Shown in pieces: positions 10,232-19,011 of a stretch of 64,000 bases of DNA. The stretch is taken from NCBI GenBank assembly GCA_963712115.1, contig CAVQGX010000043.1, positions 1 through 64,000 of the forward strand, read 5' to 3'. The translations under genes and the position numbers were made by a program. The number at the start of each line of letters is the position of its first letter. Position 1 is the first letter of the stretch. Origin of the DNA: an uncultured delta proteobacterium (GTDB lineage Bacteria > Desulfobacterota > Syntrophobacteria > BM002). The notes under the pieces were generated by a model that saw only the letters and a program-made list of their open reading frames with translations, searched no databases and was not told the DNA's origin.

Positions 10232-11281
10232 ATGAGTCCAATGGACTGGAAGGGGCCACCGTCGCGAGGCCCCGGGGGCATAAAAGATTTCGAAGAAATT
10301 CTGCAAAAGATCCGCGAAAAATTTCGAGGCAGGTTTCGCTTGGGCGGCTCCTTGTGGCTCTTCATTCTGGCGGCGCTCATTGTTGCCGCTGGCTATGCCA
10401 GTGTCTATACCGTGGCCCCAGAAGAGACTGGAGTGATTCAGCGTTTCGGTCGCTATGTGCGGTTAACCGGTCCGGGCCTGCATTTCAAGCTGCCTTTCGG
10501 TATTGAGACGGTGGGCAAAGTCAAGACAGGTCGAAATTTCCAGATGGAGTTCGGCTACAGGACGGTAGAAGCTGGGGTTCGTTCACGCTTTACTGAAAGG
10601 GGTTTTAAAGAAGAGTCACTCATGCTGAGTGGTGACCTCAACGTGGTCGATCTTCAGTGGACCGTGCAATACAAGATCGGGGATCCAAAGGATTTTCTCT
10701 TTCAGGTGAAGGATGTGGATAGTGCCATTCGAGATATGTCCGAATCGGTCATGCGGAGGGTGGTTGGAAACCGGCTTTTCGACTTCGTCCTTACAGTAGG
10801 ACGTGCCGAGATCGCCGACAGAGTTAAAGTGGAAATGCAAAAGGTTCTGGACTCCTATCGCACCGGCATCCAGGTGGTCAACGTCAAGATGCAAAATGTC
10901 ACTCCGCCAGAGCCGGTGGAGGCTGCCTTCAATGAAGTGAACGAAGCTGAACAGGAAAGAGAGTCAAAGATCAACCAGGCTCAGGGCGCCTATAATCGGG
11001 AGATCCCTAAAGCTAAAGGTAGTGCTTTGCAGACCATATCACAGGCCGAAGGCTACGCCTTGGAAAGGGTGAATAAGGCGGAGGGCGAGGCGAAACGTTT
11101 TCTCGACGTGCTTAAAGAATATCGCCAGGCAAAGGATGTTACCAAAAGACGTCTTTATTTAGAGAGCATGAACCAACTGCTCGACAAGGTGGATGAAATC
11201 TACGTGATTGACGCAGACCAGAAGGGACTAGTTCCCCTGCTTGATCTCCAGAAAGCGCGAGGAAAGACAAATGAAAAGTAG
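10232..11281 (+). CDS. hflK: FtsH protease modulator HflK
   Basis: SPFH domain, GPGLHFKLP, VEAAFNEV, AEGEAKRF, TKRRLYLE. Confidence 0.95.
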   Translation: MSPMDWKGPPSRGPGGIKDFEEILQKIREKFRGRFRLGGSLWLFILAALIVAAGYASVYTVAPEETGVIQRFGRYVRLTGPGLHFKLPFGIETVGKVKTGRNFQMEFGYRTVEAGVRSRFTERGFKEESLMLSGDLNVVDLQWTVQYKIGDPKDFLFQVKDVDSAIRDMSESVMRRVVGNRLFDFVLTVGRAEIADRVKVEMQKVLDSYRTGIQVVNVKMQNVTPPEPVEAAFNEVNEAEQERESKINQAQGAYNREIPKAKGSALQTISQAEGYALERVNKAEGEAKRFLDVLKEYRQAKDVTKRRLYLESMNQLLDKVDEIYVIDADQKGLVPLLDLQKARGKTNEK

Positions 11282-12227
11282 AGCAATGCAGGTACTGCTT
11301 GCCCTGATTGTAGTCGCCGCTATAGTTTCCACGGGCGCATTTTATGTGGTAAATGAAGGCGAACAGGTGGTAATCACCCAGTTCGGCAGGCCCGTGGGAG
11401 ATGCTGTCCAGGATGCCGGTCTTAACTTCAAAATACCCTTCATTCAAGCGGTGAACCGGTTTGAGAAGCGTCTTCTTAACTGGGACGGTAGCCCCAACCA
11501 GATTCCTACCAAGGACAAGAAGCTCATCTGGGTGGACACCACTGCTCGCTGGCGTATCAGTGATCCGCTACTGTATCTGACCCGGGTGACCACCATTACC
11601 ACCGCACTTTCGCGGCTGGATGGTATTATCGATTCTGTGGTCCGGGACGCTGTTTCAGAAAACGATTTAGTGGAACTTATTCGCAGTGAGGGTTGGGCGG
11701 GTGAGGTGGGTGCGCAGGTAAGCGATGCTGGCTACGCTCAGAAGGAAATGGAGGAAGTGAGTCGTCCTCTGAAAGTGGGCCGTGAAAAGATCACCAGGGC
11801 AATGCTGCTCTCTGCTTCGAAACTCTCTCCTGAGTTCGGCATCGAACTGGTGGATGTGCGGATCAAGCGGATCAATTACGTGGATAGCGTTTTGAAGAAG
11901 GTTTTTGAAAGAATGATCTCCGAGCGTAAACGAATCGCTGCCCAGTATCGCTCAGAGGGTGAAGGTGAGGCGGCGAGAATAAACGGGGAGATGCAAAAGG
12001 AGCTGAAGCGAATCTCCTCGGAAGCCTTTCGCACAGCACAGGAAATTCAAGGGAAAGCTGATGCCGAGGCCACAAAAATCTATGGCAGCGCCTATAACCA
12101 GGATCCGGGATTCTATTCCTTTTCCAAGACCCTGGAACTCTATCGGCAGCAGAATTACAACAAAACGAGGATGATATTGACCACAGATAGCGATTTTTAC
12201 AAATATTTGAAAGAAATTCCTCGTTAG
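11271..12227 (+). CDS. hflC: FtsH protease modulator HflC
   Basis: SPFH domain, TKDKK, DVRIKRI, RMISER..A.QYRSEG; ATG 11271 overlaps the end of hflK. Confidence 0.95.
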   Translation: MKSRAMQVLLALIVVAAIVSTGAFYVVNEGEQVVITQFGRPVGDAVQDAGLNFKIPFIQAVNRFEKRLLNWDGSPNQIPTKDKKLIWVDTTARWRISDPLLYLTRVTTITTALSRLDGIIDSVVRDAVSENDLVELIRSEGWAGEVGAQVSDAGYAQKEMEEVSRPLKVGREKITRAMLLSASKLSPEFGIELVDVRIKRINYVDSVLKKVFERMISERKRIAAQYRSEGEGEAARINGEMQKELKRISSEAFRTAQEIQGKADAEATKIYGSAYNQDPGFYSFSKTLELYRQQNYNKTRMILTTDSDFYKYLKEIPR

Positions 12228-12330
12228 GAGAAAAAGAAAGAAAAAAAATATAAAAATACGAATTTTTCGTATTGTGCTTTAAGGCAAGTTGTGTATAGTG
12301 GGGGAAGGTCTGCGCGGTTCGTACCGTGTT

Positions 12331-12375
12331 GCCCCTAACGGTGTTTGATACAAACATCGCTGGGGGCTTTTTTTT
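12331..12375 (+). terminator. long intrinsic terminator hairpin (after hflC or ending a small RNA)
   Basis: gcccctaacggtgtttg-ata-caaacatcgctgggggc followed by T8. Confidence 0.7.
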
Positions 12376-12387
12376 GGCAGGTTTTTC

Positions 12388-12570
12388 TAGCCCGGATATT
12401 TCATGAATTACCGTCACGAGAGCGTGAAGATGGGCTTGCAACCTGGCAACCGCAGGGACTCTAACCCGAGACGTACTTGACAGTAAGTCGCAGGGGGCGT
12501 GACCCGAGGACGCCAGGAAGGACGACCATATCCGCGGTCGCAGGAGGCCATTTATGAAATATCCGGGCTA
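12388..12570. mobile_element. MITE copy 2
   Basis: tagcccggatatttcatgaat ... atttatgaaatatccgggcta; interior collinear with copy 1. Confidence 0.85.
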
Positions 12571-13545
12571 AAGCAACTCGGAATACAAATCTTCGATGTT
12601 CTCGATCTCCTCCTGCAGATAAGACTTAATCTTCTTGGTGATTCTAACTTGTATCTGCCGCACGCGCTCGCGGCTGATTCCGTAGACGTCCCCGATTTCT
12701 TGCAGAGTAAGCGGTTCTTCGGCCATTAGTCTGTTGTCGAAAATAAATCTCTCTTTCTTCGGCAGAGTGGTTCTGAACTCGGCAAGTTTTTCTTTGAGGA
12801 TTTCTCTTTTTTCGAAGTCTGCGAGTTGTTCGTCTGCGCCGATCTGATCGGAAGGGATGAAAGATTGGTGGTCACTCTCCGAGCCTTCTTTGATAGGAGC
12901 ATCAAGAGACACCTCCCAGCTACCCAGCCGTTGATCCATTTCGATTACTTCAGATTCTTTTACATCCAACCGCTCAGCCAGCAACTTAGGTCTCGGCTCA
13001 TATCCCATGGCCAGCAAGTTTTCTTTTTCTTTACGAAGATTGAAAAAAAGCTTGCGCTGGGCCTGGGTGGTACCGATCTTGACAAGTTTCCAATTGTCCA
13101 TGATGAATTTGATGATGTAAGCCTTGATCCAGAACGAGGCATAGTAGGAGAGTTTAAAACCGCGGTATGGGTCGAATTTTTTTACTGCCTGCATCAAGCC
13201 AATATTACCTTCCTGAATTAGATCCATTAGATTACGCATCCAGTGGCGCTGAAAGCTCAGGGCAATTTTCACGACTAATCTAAGATTTGAGGTGATGAGC
13301 CGGTAGGCTGCTTCCATATCGCCCTTTTCTTTATAACGAATGGCCAGCCTCTGTTCTTCTTCTCGGCTCAGAAGGGGATACCTCTTTATCTCCATGAGAT
13401 AGTGTTTGAGGGGATCATAAGTGACGAGGGAGTCTGAAGAGTAACTCTTCAGGGGCGCAATTTCGCTCTCGTCGAAATCGAAGTCGAAATCTTGATTGTG
13501 ATTTTTCTCCTCTTCCTTTGCTTTTTTTGCTCTTTTCTCTGCCAT
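12568..13545 (-). CDS. rpoH: RNA polymerase sigma factor, sigma-32 family
   Basis: DLIQEGNIGLMQAVKKFDP, RpoH box AQRKLFFNLRK, SRERVRQI. Confidence 0.93.
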   Translation of the reverse strand: MAEKRAKKAKEEEKNHNQDFDFDFDESEIAPLKSYSSDSLVTYDPLKHYLMEIKRYPLLSREEEQRLAIRYKEKGDMEAAYRLITSNLRLVVKIALSFQRHWMRNLMDLIQEGNIGLMQAVKKFDPYRGFKLSYYASFWIKAYIIKFIMDNWKLVKIGTTQAQRKLFFNLRKEKENLLAMGYEPRPKLLAERLDVKESEVIEMDQRLGSWEVSLDAPIKEGSESDHQSFIPSDQIGADEQLADFEKREILKEKLAEFRTTLPKKERFIFDNRLMAEEPLTLQEIGDVYGISRERVRQIQVRITKKIKSYLQEEIENIEDLYSELL

Positions 13546-13614
13546 CTTGCAGTTTTTCCCTTTTGCTTAACTGTCCTGCGGAGTGTGGATATAACCGACC
13601 ACAGAGAAGCAATT

Positions 13615-13643
13615 AAATTACCCTAGGTATGTTGTCATGTCAA
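13615..13643 (-). promoter_or_regulatory. putative sigma70 promoter of rpoH
   Basis: TTGACA-N17-TAATTT on the minus strand. Confidence 0.55.
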
Positions 13644-13856
13644 GCTGACCTTGATTGCATGACCATTTAACCTTGGTAAATGATACTTGTTGCTGTCTTT
13701 TAAATGATAATTGAGAAATGCGAAATGGGAAATGAAAAATGTGTCCACTCCTTGCTGCCCGCTCTTCGTCCTAAAGCAATGCCCCTGTGGTTAACAAAAA
13801 GGCAGGAGTCAGGCCATTATCACATAAGGTCAAGCTTTATCACCCCTAAGCGGGCT

Positions 13857-15203
13857 CTAAAGCAGCTTGTGTCGCTCCAGAAACTCCACCAGGATATCTT
13901 CTACCCGAGGCTTGTCCATGGGCTGGATTTCGTAAACCAACCGTACAGATTCCTTCTTGATGTCGAGAAGACTTGCCAGGTCCACGGGAGTTGCCACCAG
14001 AACTACGTCAGCTGGAGTTTGGTTTATGGTGGCTTCTAAATCGGCCATTTGTTCGGCTCCGTAGCCCATGGCCGGGAGTAGTTCGGCGATGTGGGGATAC
14101 AAGGCAAAAGTTTTCCGCAAGCTGCCCTGGGCGAATGGCTTGGGATTTACAATTTCCCTGGCTCCCAACTCCTGAGCTGCGATATAGCCTATGCCGTGTG
14201 ACATTTCACCGTGGGTGAGAGTTGGACCATCTTCCACCACTAGCACCCTCTTGTTCCGTATAGCTTCGGGCTTGTCCACCTGGTAAACGGAAGCTGTTTC
14301 TACAACCTGAGCTTGCGGATTTGTCTGGGAGACGATTTCTAAAACGCGTTCAACACAGTGTGGTGAAGCACTGTTCACTTTGTTCACCACCAGTACATGG
14401 GCGCGCCGCAGATTCGTTTCTCCTGGATGATAAAGCACGCCATGGCCTGGTCTGAAGGGATCCAGAAGAACAATTTCCAAATCCGGGCGAACAAAGGGGA
14501 AGTCATTGTTGCCACCATCCCAGAGAATGATCTGGGGATTTTCTGCCTCGGCCTGTTTTAAAACTTCCCGATAATCCACCCCGGCAAAGACCACGGCGTT
14601 TCTTGCTATGAGAGGCTCGTATTCCTCTCTCTCCTCTATGGTGCACTCCTGTCCATCAATATCGTCGATGGTGGCAAAGCGTTGGACTCGTTGCCGATAG
14701 AGATCACCATAGGCCATAGGGTGGCGGATAACCACTGTGGTAATATTCCGCTTTTTAAGGAGGTCGCAAAGATGCCTTGTAAGTTGACTCTTGCCGCAGC
14801 CGGTTCGCACCGCGCACACAGATATTACTGGAATATCCGTTTCCAGCATGGTCCGATCTGGCCCGAGAAGCACGAAATCCGCCCCGGCCGCCAACGCAAC
14901 TGAGGCGTGGTGTCCCACCATCTCGTGGGATATATCGCTATAGGAAAATACAACCTGGTCAACTGAGTGTTCCCTGATGAGCTCAGGTAGCCGCTCCTCT
15001 GATACGATAGGTATGCCTTCAGGATAAAGGGTCCCAGCTAGAGCCGCGGGGTAAACCTTTTCCTCAATACCTGGAATTTGCGCAGCTGTAAAAGCGATTA
15101 CCCGCACCGCGGAGTTGTGGCGGAATACCATGTTAAAGTTGTGAAAATCACGTCCGCCCGCTCCCATTATGATCACACGTTTCTGTTTTTTGTCTCTGGG
15201 CAT
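13857..15203 (-). CDS. COG2403 P-loop ligase (cyclic 2,3-diphosphoglycerate synthetase-like / arginine synthetase ArcE-like)
   Basis: GAGGRDFHNFN, AVRTGCGKS, RHPMAYG, EEREEYEP, WDGGNND, EDGPTLTHG motifs. Confidence 0.8.
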   Translation of the reverse strand: MPRDKKQKRVIIMGAGGRDFHNFNMVFRHNSAVRVIAFTAAQIPGIEEKVYPAALAGTLYPEGIPIVSEERLPELIREHSVDQVVFSYSDISHEMVGHHASVALAAGADFVLLGPDRTMLETDIPVISVCAVRTGCGKSQLTRHLCDLLKKRNITTVVIRHPMAYGDLYRQRVQRFATIDDIDGQECTIEEREEYEPLIARNAVVFAGVDYREVLKQAEAENPQIILWDGGNNDFPFVRPDLEIVLLDPFRPGHGVLYHPGETNLRRAHVLVVNKVNSASPHCVERVLEIVSQTNPQAQVVETASVYQVDKPEAIRNKRVLVVEDGPTLTHGEMSHGIGYIAAQELGAREIVNPKPFAQGSLRKTFALYPHIAELLPAMGYGAEQMADLEATINQTPADVVLVATPVDLASLLDIKKESVRLVYEIQPMDKPRVEDILVEFLERHKLL

Positions 15204-15367
15204 CTCTCGGGTCTCCGGCCAAGGAGCGTTTTGTTTATTTAGTACTATACTGTATGGATCTCAGGGCGGCAATTAACCGTGGATAAGCACTAACCGCCTT
15301 TATCATTTATCAATTCTCATTTTGCATCTATCATTTTTCATGAAACAGATTAGCCAGCAGCCCAGCA

Positions 15368-16066
15368 TCAATAGAAGCTTTGTAACGTCTCACTCAATCT
15401 GTTTTCAAGCTCGTGACGAATTTGGGGCAAGGGGGCCGTTTGCTGCAAGGATTCCAGCGCTGATTCCACCCACTTTCCCTCATTCAACAGAGGCCATACC
15501 ACGTCTCTGGCCAGGGGAAGAAAGTCCTCATTTATACGCTTTCTGGCAGAGCTAGGCCAGTGTTGCTCCAGAGTTAGAAAGAAAAGAAACAAACGCCTAA
15601 ACAACCTCAGGTCATATTTGGACAGAGAAAGGTTGTTTTGACGGCGACTGATAAGACGCCGGCCCAGTTTCTTGAAGCGCTGATACAGTGGCACCCTGAC
15701 CACTACGCGTAGCGACTCTTCCAGCAGGGAAATCTCCGCGGCGATGCAATAGTACTCCTCTAGAGTATAATCGTTCAGCGCCAGGTTTTCTTGAAAGGCC
15801 TTGGAGAAAATCGATTTACTCCAATCCATTACGAGGAGAAATCGCGGTTCTTGTCGCCACTGATGCAGCAACTCCAGGGAGATGCATGAGAGGTCGGCTA
15901 CCCACCTCAGGGAGGCTTTGCCAAGATAGGCCTGCATCAGGGCAGCTCCATACTGGCTTGTGGACAAAGCGATATCTCTGCCACGGAGTTGAGGTGGCTT
16001 GGAGGAGGTTTCATACTCGTGCAACCTATGGTGCAGCCATCGTTGATAAAGAAAGATGTGGTCCAT
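15368..16066 (-). CDS. hypothetical protein
   Basis: Long ORF; likely start ATG 16066 because the upstream extension runs through repeats. Confidence 0.55.
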   Translation of the reverse strand: MDHIFLYQRWLHHRLHEYETSSKPPQLRGRDIALSTSQYGAALMQAYLGKASLRWVADLSCISLELLHQWRQEPRFLLVMDWSKSIFSKAFQENLALNDYTLEEYYCIAAEISLLEESLRVVVRVPLYQRFKKLGRRLISRRQNNLSLSKYDLRLFRRLFLFFLTLEQHWPSSARKRINEDFLPLARDVVWPLLNEGKWVESALESLQQTAPLPQIRHELENRLSETLQSFY

Positions 16067-16338
16067 GAATGTCGGATGTCGGTTGTCCGTTGTTAGAAGC
16101 GGCATGGAGCAGGGGCATGGGGCATGGAGTGATTGAAAGAGCGATATTTTCGCCATGCCCTAAGCCCGACGATTTTCGCGGCAAGCAAAAAAGTGATCTG
16201 TTCATGCAACTGACCACTGACCACGGACAACGGACGTTTTTAATTGAGATTAAAATAAGGACAGCGGAGTGTCAATGGTGCTATGGTAAATTAAGGGTGG
16301 CTAATCCACTGCAGACTGGAAAGGGGAGGGCAGTGAGC

Positions 16339-16791
16339 ATGGAAGTGTTGCATCTAGACTTGGTTGAGAAAGAGGAGGGAGAATTAGTGCCGGTTTGCGT
16401 GAGACTGGTGGTCAGGGGTTATCCTTCAGACTCAAGGGGGTATGTCTCGCTGACCCCAGATTGTGAGACATTAGAAGGGTTCGAGAAAGCCTTAGCCCAC
16501 CTCAAGAAAAGCATGGACAGTATACTAGAGAGTGCCAAAACAACATTTCACCAACACCAGGCCAAGCTAGAGGATCAAACAGCTGTAACTGATTTCCATA
16601 GCTCCGAGGAGATTTGGCAAGCTTTAGAAGAGTGCTCTTCCATCGAAGAAATGCGAGTGCGCTTTAATGAGCTTAGCCTGAGGAAGCGGCAGGAAGTAGC
16701 TGATTTTATCTTGACCCAGTTAAATATTTTCAAGGGAGCTGCCTCCATTTTCTCCCAACATTACAATGAAGTGGAGTATCTGCTGGAGTAA
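16339..16791 (+). CDS. hypothetical protein
   Basis: ATG 16339 with GGAGG RBS, 150 aa; the upstream extension is repeat-derived. Confidence 0.65.
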   Translation: MEVLHLDLVEKEEGELVPVCVRLVVRGYPSDSRGYVSLTPDCETLEGFEKALAHLKKSMDSILESAKTTFHQHQAKLEDQTAVTDFHSSEEIWQALEECSSIEEMRVRFNELSLRKRQEVADFILTQLNIFKGAASIFSQHYNEVEYLLE

Positions 16792-16916
16792 ACTGCGCCA
16801 AGCGCTACGCTTTGCTTGGGAGGACGAGAGGTCGGGCGAGACGAGAGGTCGAGTGAGCAAGTTTTTGATATTTTTCTTCTCACGTCTCGCGCGTCTCGCT
16901 CGATATCCCGTCTCGC

Positions 16917-17828
16917 CTAGGAGCGCCTCGCTCTCTGCATTCCTATGAAGATGAGGAGAATGCCATAGAGACTCAGGCGAAAACTAGGCACTGTGGTCCA
17001 GATGAATTCCTGGGCAGATGAGAGGACTAATGCTCCCAGCAAAGGACCCCAAGTGGTCCCTGGTTTGAAAAGTAAACACATTAGCAGCGGCGCCAGAGAA
17101 TTCTCAAGCCCAAAAGCTTCTGCCGGTATGACAAAAGATATCTCCCGGGCATGCAGCCCTCCTGCCATGGCTGCAGGTACCGCGCTTATTATCAATGCCA
17201 GTCTTTTTGCCTTCACACAGTTTATACCTACTGATTCTGCTATGTCCTCGCTTTCTTGAATGGAGCTGAGCTGCAAACCTAAACTTGAGCTACAAAGAAG
17301 CCAGTGCAGCAAGACTGCTGCCAGGGTTAAAACCAAAGCCAGAGAGTAAGTCAACATTGGGTTGGTATTTGGAGGCAAAGAAAGACCGGCGGCTCCTCCG
17401 GTCAAGTCTGGTAGATTGCTGGCCAGTTGGCCGCCCAGCAACAGGAGGCCTAGGGTAGCCAGAGCGAACACAGCCCCATTAAGTCGAAAAAGTGGGAGGC
17501 TCAAGAAAGCTGCGACTGGGAAAACCAAAGATGCTCCTAAGAGAAGGGCGAGTGGTAGGGGTTGCCCATGCTTCAGGGCTAGCGCTGTTATGTAAGCTCC
17601 AAGACCGAAAAACAAGCCGTGTCCAAGGTAGAGATAACCCAACAGGCCTCCCACCACATCGTAGCTCACTGCCAGAGTGACATAAAGCAGGATGGTGAAA
17701 AGAAGAATCCTGGCATAACCACCCCAAAGGCTGGGGACGAGAAATAGGAATAAAATGAGGGCTGAGAGTGGAATGAGTAGCAGGCCTGACCGTTTCAGTT
17801 TTGAAGGTTTAATGGAAAGATAGACCAT
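16917..17828 (-). CDS. branched-chain amino acid ABC family permease (LivM-like)
   Basis: GYLYLGHGLFFGLGAY, FALATL, LTGGAAG, GPLLGA. Confidence 0.88.
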   Translation of the reverse strand: MVYLSIKPSKLKRSGLLLIPLSALILFLFLVPSLWGGYARILLFTILLYVTLAVSYDVVGGLLGYLYLGHGLFFGLGAYITALALKHGQPLPLALLLGASLVFPVAAFLSLPLFRLNGAVFALATLGLLLLGGQLASNLPDLTGGAAGLSLPPNTNPMLTYSLALVLTLAAVLLHWLLCSSSLGLQLSSIQESEDIAESVGINCVKAKRLALIISAVPAAMAGGLHAREISFVIPAEAFGLENSLAPLLMCLLFKPGTTWGPLLGALVLSSAQEFIWTTVPSFRLSLYGILLIFIGMQRARRS

Positions 17829-17837
17829 TCTCTCACC

Positions 17838-18728
17838 CTATCCAATGCCAGCTTCCCTCTTACTAATAAACAATCCTTGCGGCCGCCAACAAAGAAAAGC
17901 CAGCAACAAGCCAATGGAAAGGAAATTGGCCCAATGGGCCCCAAAAGTTGCAGCGAGCATGGTTTCCAACGTGCCAAGGGCCAAGCCGCCGGCGAGGGGG
18001 CGGGTAAGAGAACCGCTCCCACTTATAACCACAATAAACAATGCCTTCAGGGTTAATGGTAGGCCAAGGTGAGGACTTACAGTGAAAAGGGTGACATAGA
18101 ATAGGCCTGCCATAGCGGCAAGTGCTGTAGCCATTGCGAAAGCGATGCCAGTTTCTCGTGTTAAGGAGATCCCCATCAGGGTGGCTGCAGTGGGTTCCTG
18201 GGAAAGTGCCCGGAGACGCCTACCGCTGTCAGTTCGAGTGAGCCATATCTGTAGACCTGCAGAGATGGCCAGCATGAGGATGAGGACAACCAACCTGTTG
18301 CCCGAAAGATAGATCTGACCCCACCGTATTGTGGCAAACTGGCTTACAAGACCAGCCATGGATCGGTCCCATAGGGTTAAAGTTCCTTCTTCAAGTATGA
18401 ATGCCAGGCCGAGAGTTATGAGCAAGGCGGGGACCAAAAAGTCCTGAGGGGAACGCTTGAGGGAAGATTGAAGGAAGCAGCGAAAGGCCAGCCATCCAAG
18501 ACCGGCAAAGAATAATGGGACTATGATGAAACTTGCCAAAGTACCAGTGGGCCAGAGGCCTTGAACGGCCTGGAAGACAAAGCCGGCGAGTACTAGAAAT
18601 GCCCCATGAGCCAGGTTTAGTAGACCAAGGACTCCAAAACAAAGGGCTAACCCCACGGCAACCATGGCGTAAATGCCACCCAGCAGCAAACCGCTAAGGA
18701 GGAGTTGAATGAAGGTTGCGAGGTCCAA
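17838..18728 (-). CDS. branched-chain amino acid ABC family permease (LivH-like)
   Basis: GGIYAMVAVGLALCFGVLGLLNLAHG; probable TTG start at 18728. Confidence 0.88.
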   Translation of the reverse strand: MDLATFIQLLLSGLLLGGIYAMVAVGLALCFGVLGLLNLAHGAFLVLAGFVFQAVQGLWPTGTLASFIIVPLFFAGLGWLAFRCFLQSSLKRSPQDFLVPALLITLGLAFILEEGTLTLWDRSMAGLVSQFATIRWGQIYLSGNRLVVLILMLAISAGLQIWLTRTDSGRRLRALSQEPTAATLMGISLTRETGIAFAMATALAAMAGLFYVTLFTVSPHLGLPLTLKALFIVVISGSGSLTRPLAGGLALGTLETMLAATFGAHWANFLSIGLLLAFLCWRPQGLFISKREAGIG

Positions 18729-18786
18729 GTCACTATCCTTTTCCCGTGATTGGGTGTTTCTAACCTGGAAAATAGGGCCAGTTCCA

Positions 18787-18937
18787 AAATCCGAATATCG
18801 AATATCGAAATCCGAAACAAATCCCAAATTAAAATGTCCAAAACCTCTTGCGCGAGCTTCATTCAACGTTGTTTTGAACATTGGAGAATTTGGTAATTCG
18901 GATTTCTTTAGTGCTTCGTGCTTCGGATTTCGGATTT
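18787..18937. repeat. inverted heptamer hairpin element (AAATCCG family), copy A
   Basis: aaatccgaatatcgaatatcgaaatccgaaacaaat ... gtgcttcggatttcggattt; homologous to 46456 and 53907. Confidence 0.8.
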
Positions 18938-19011
18938 ACCGGCTGGGACCATCTCAATTTGCGAATCAACCTTGCATTAAGAAAAGCTGATCATTAGCAC
19001 AGGACTCCGAC

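Noticed and set aside
18729-18881. Long N-terminal extensions in the ORF track (also 16069, 25756, 48014, 54015, 54932, 56031)
   Set aside because: The extensions mostly run through repeat arrays, and better starts lie downstream.
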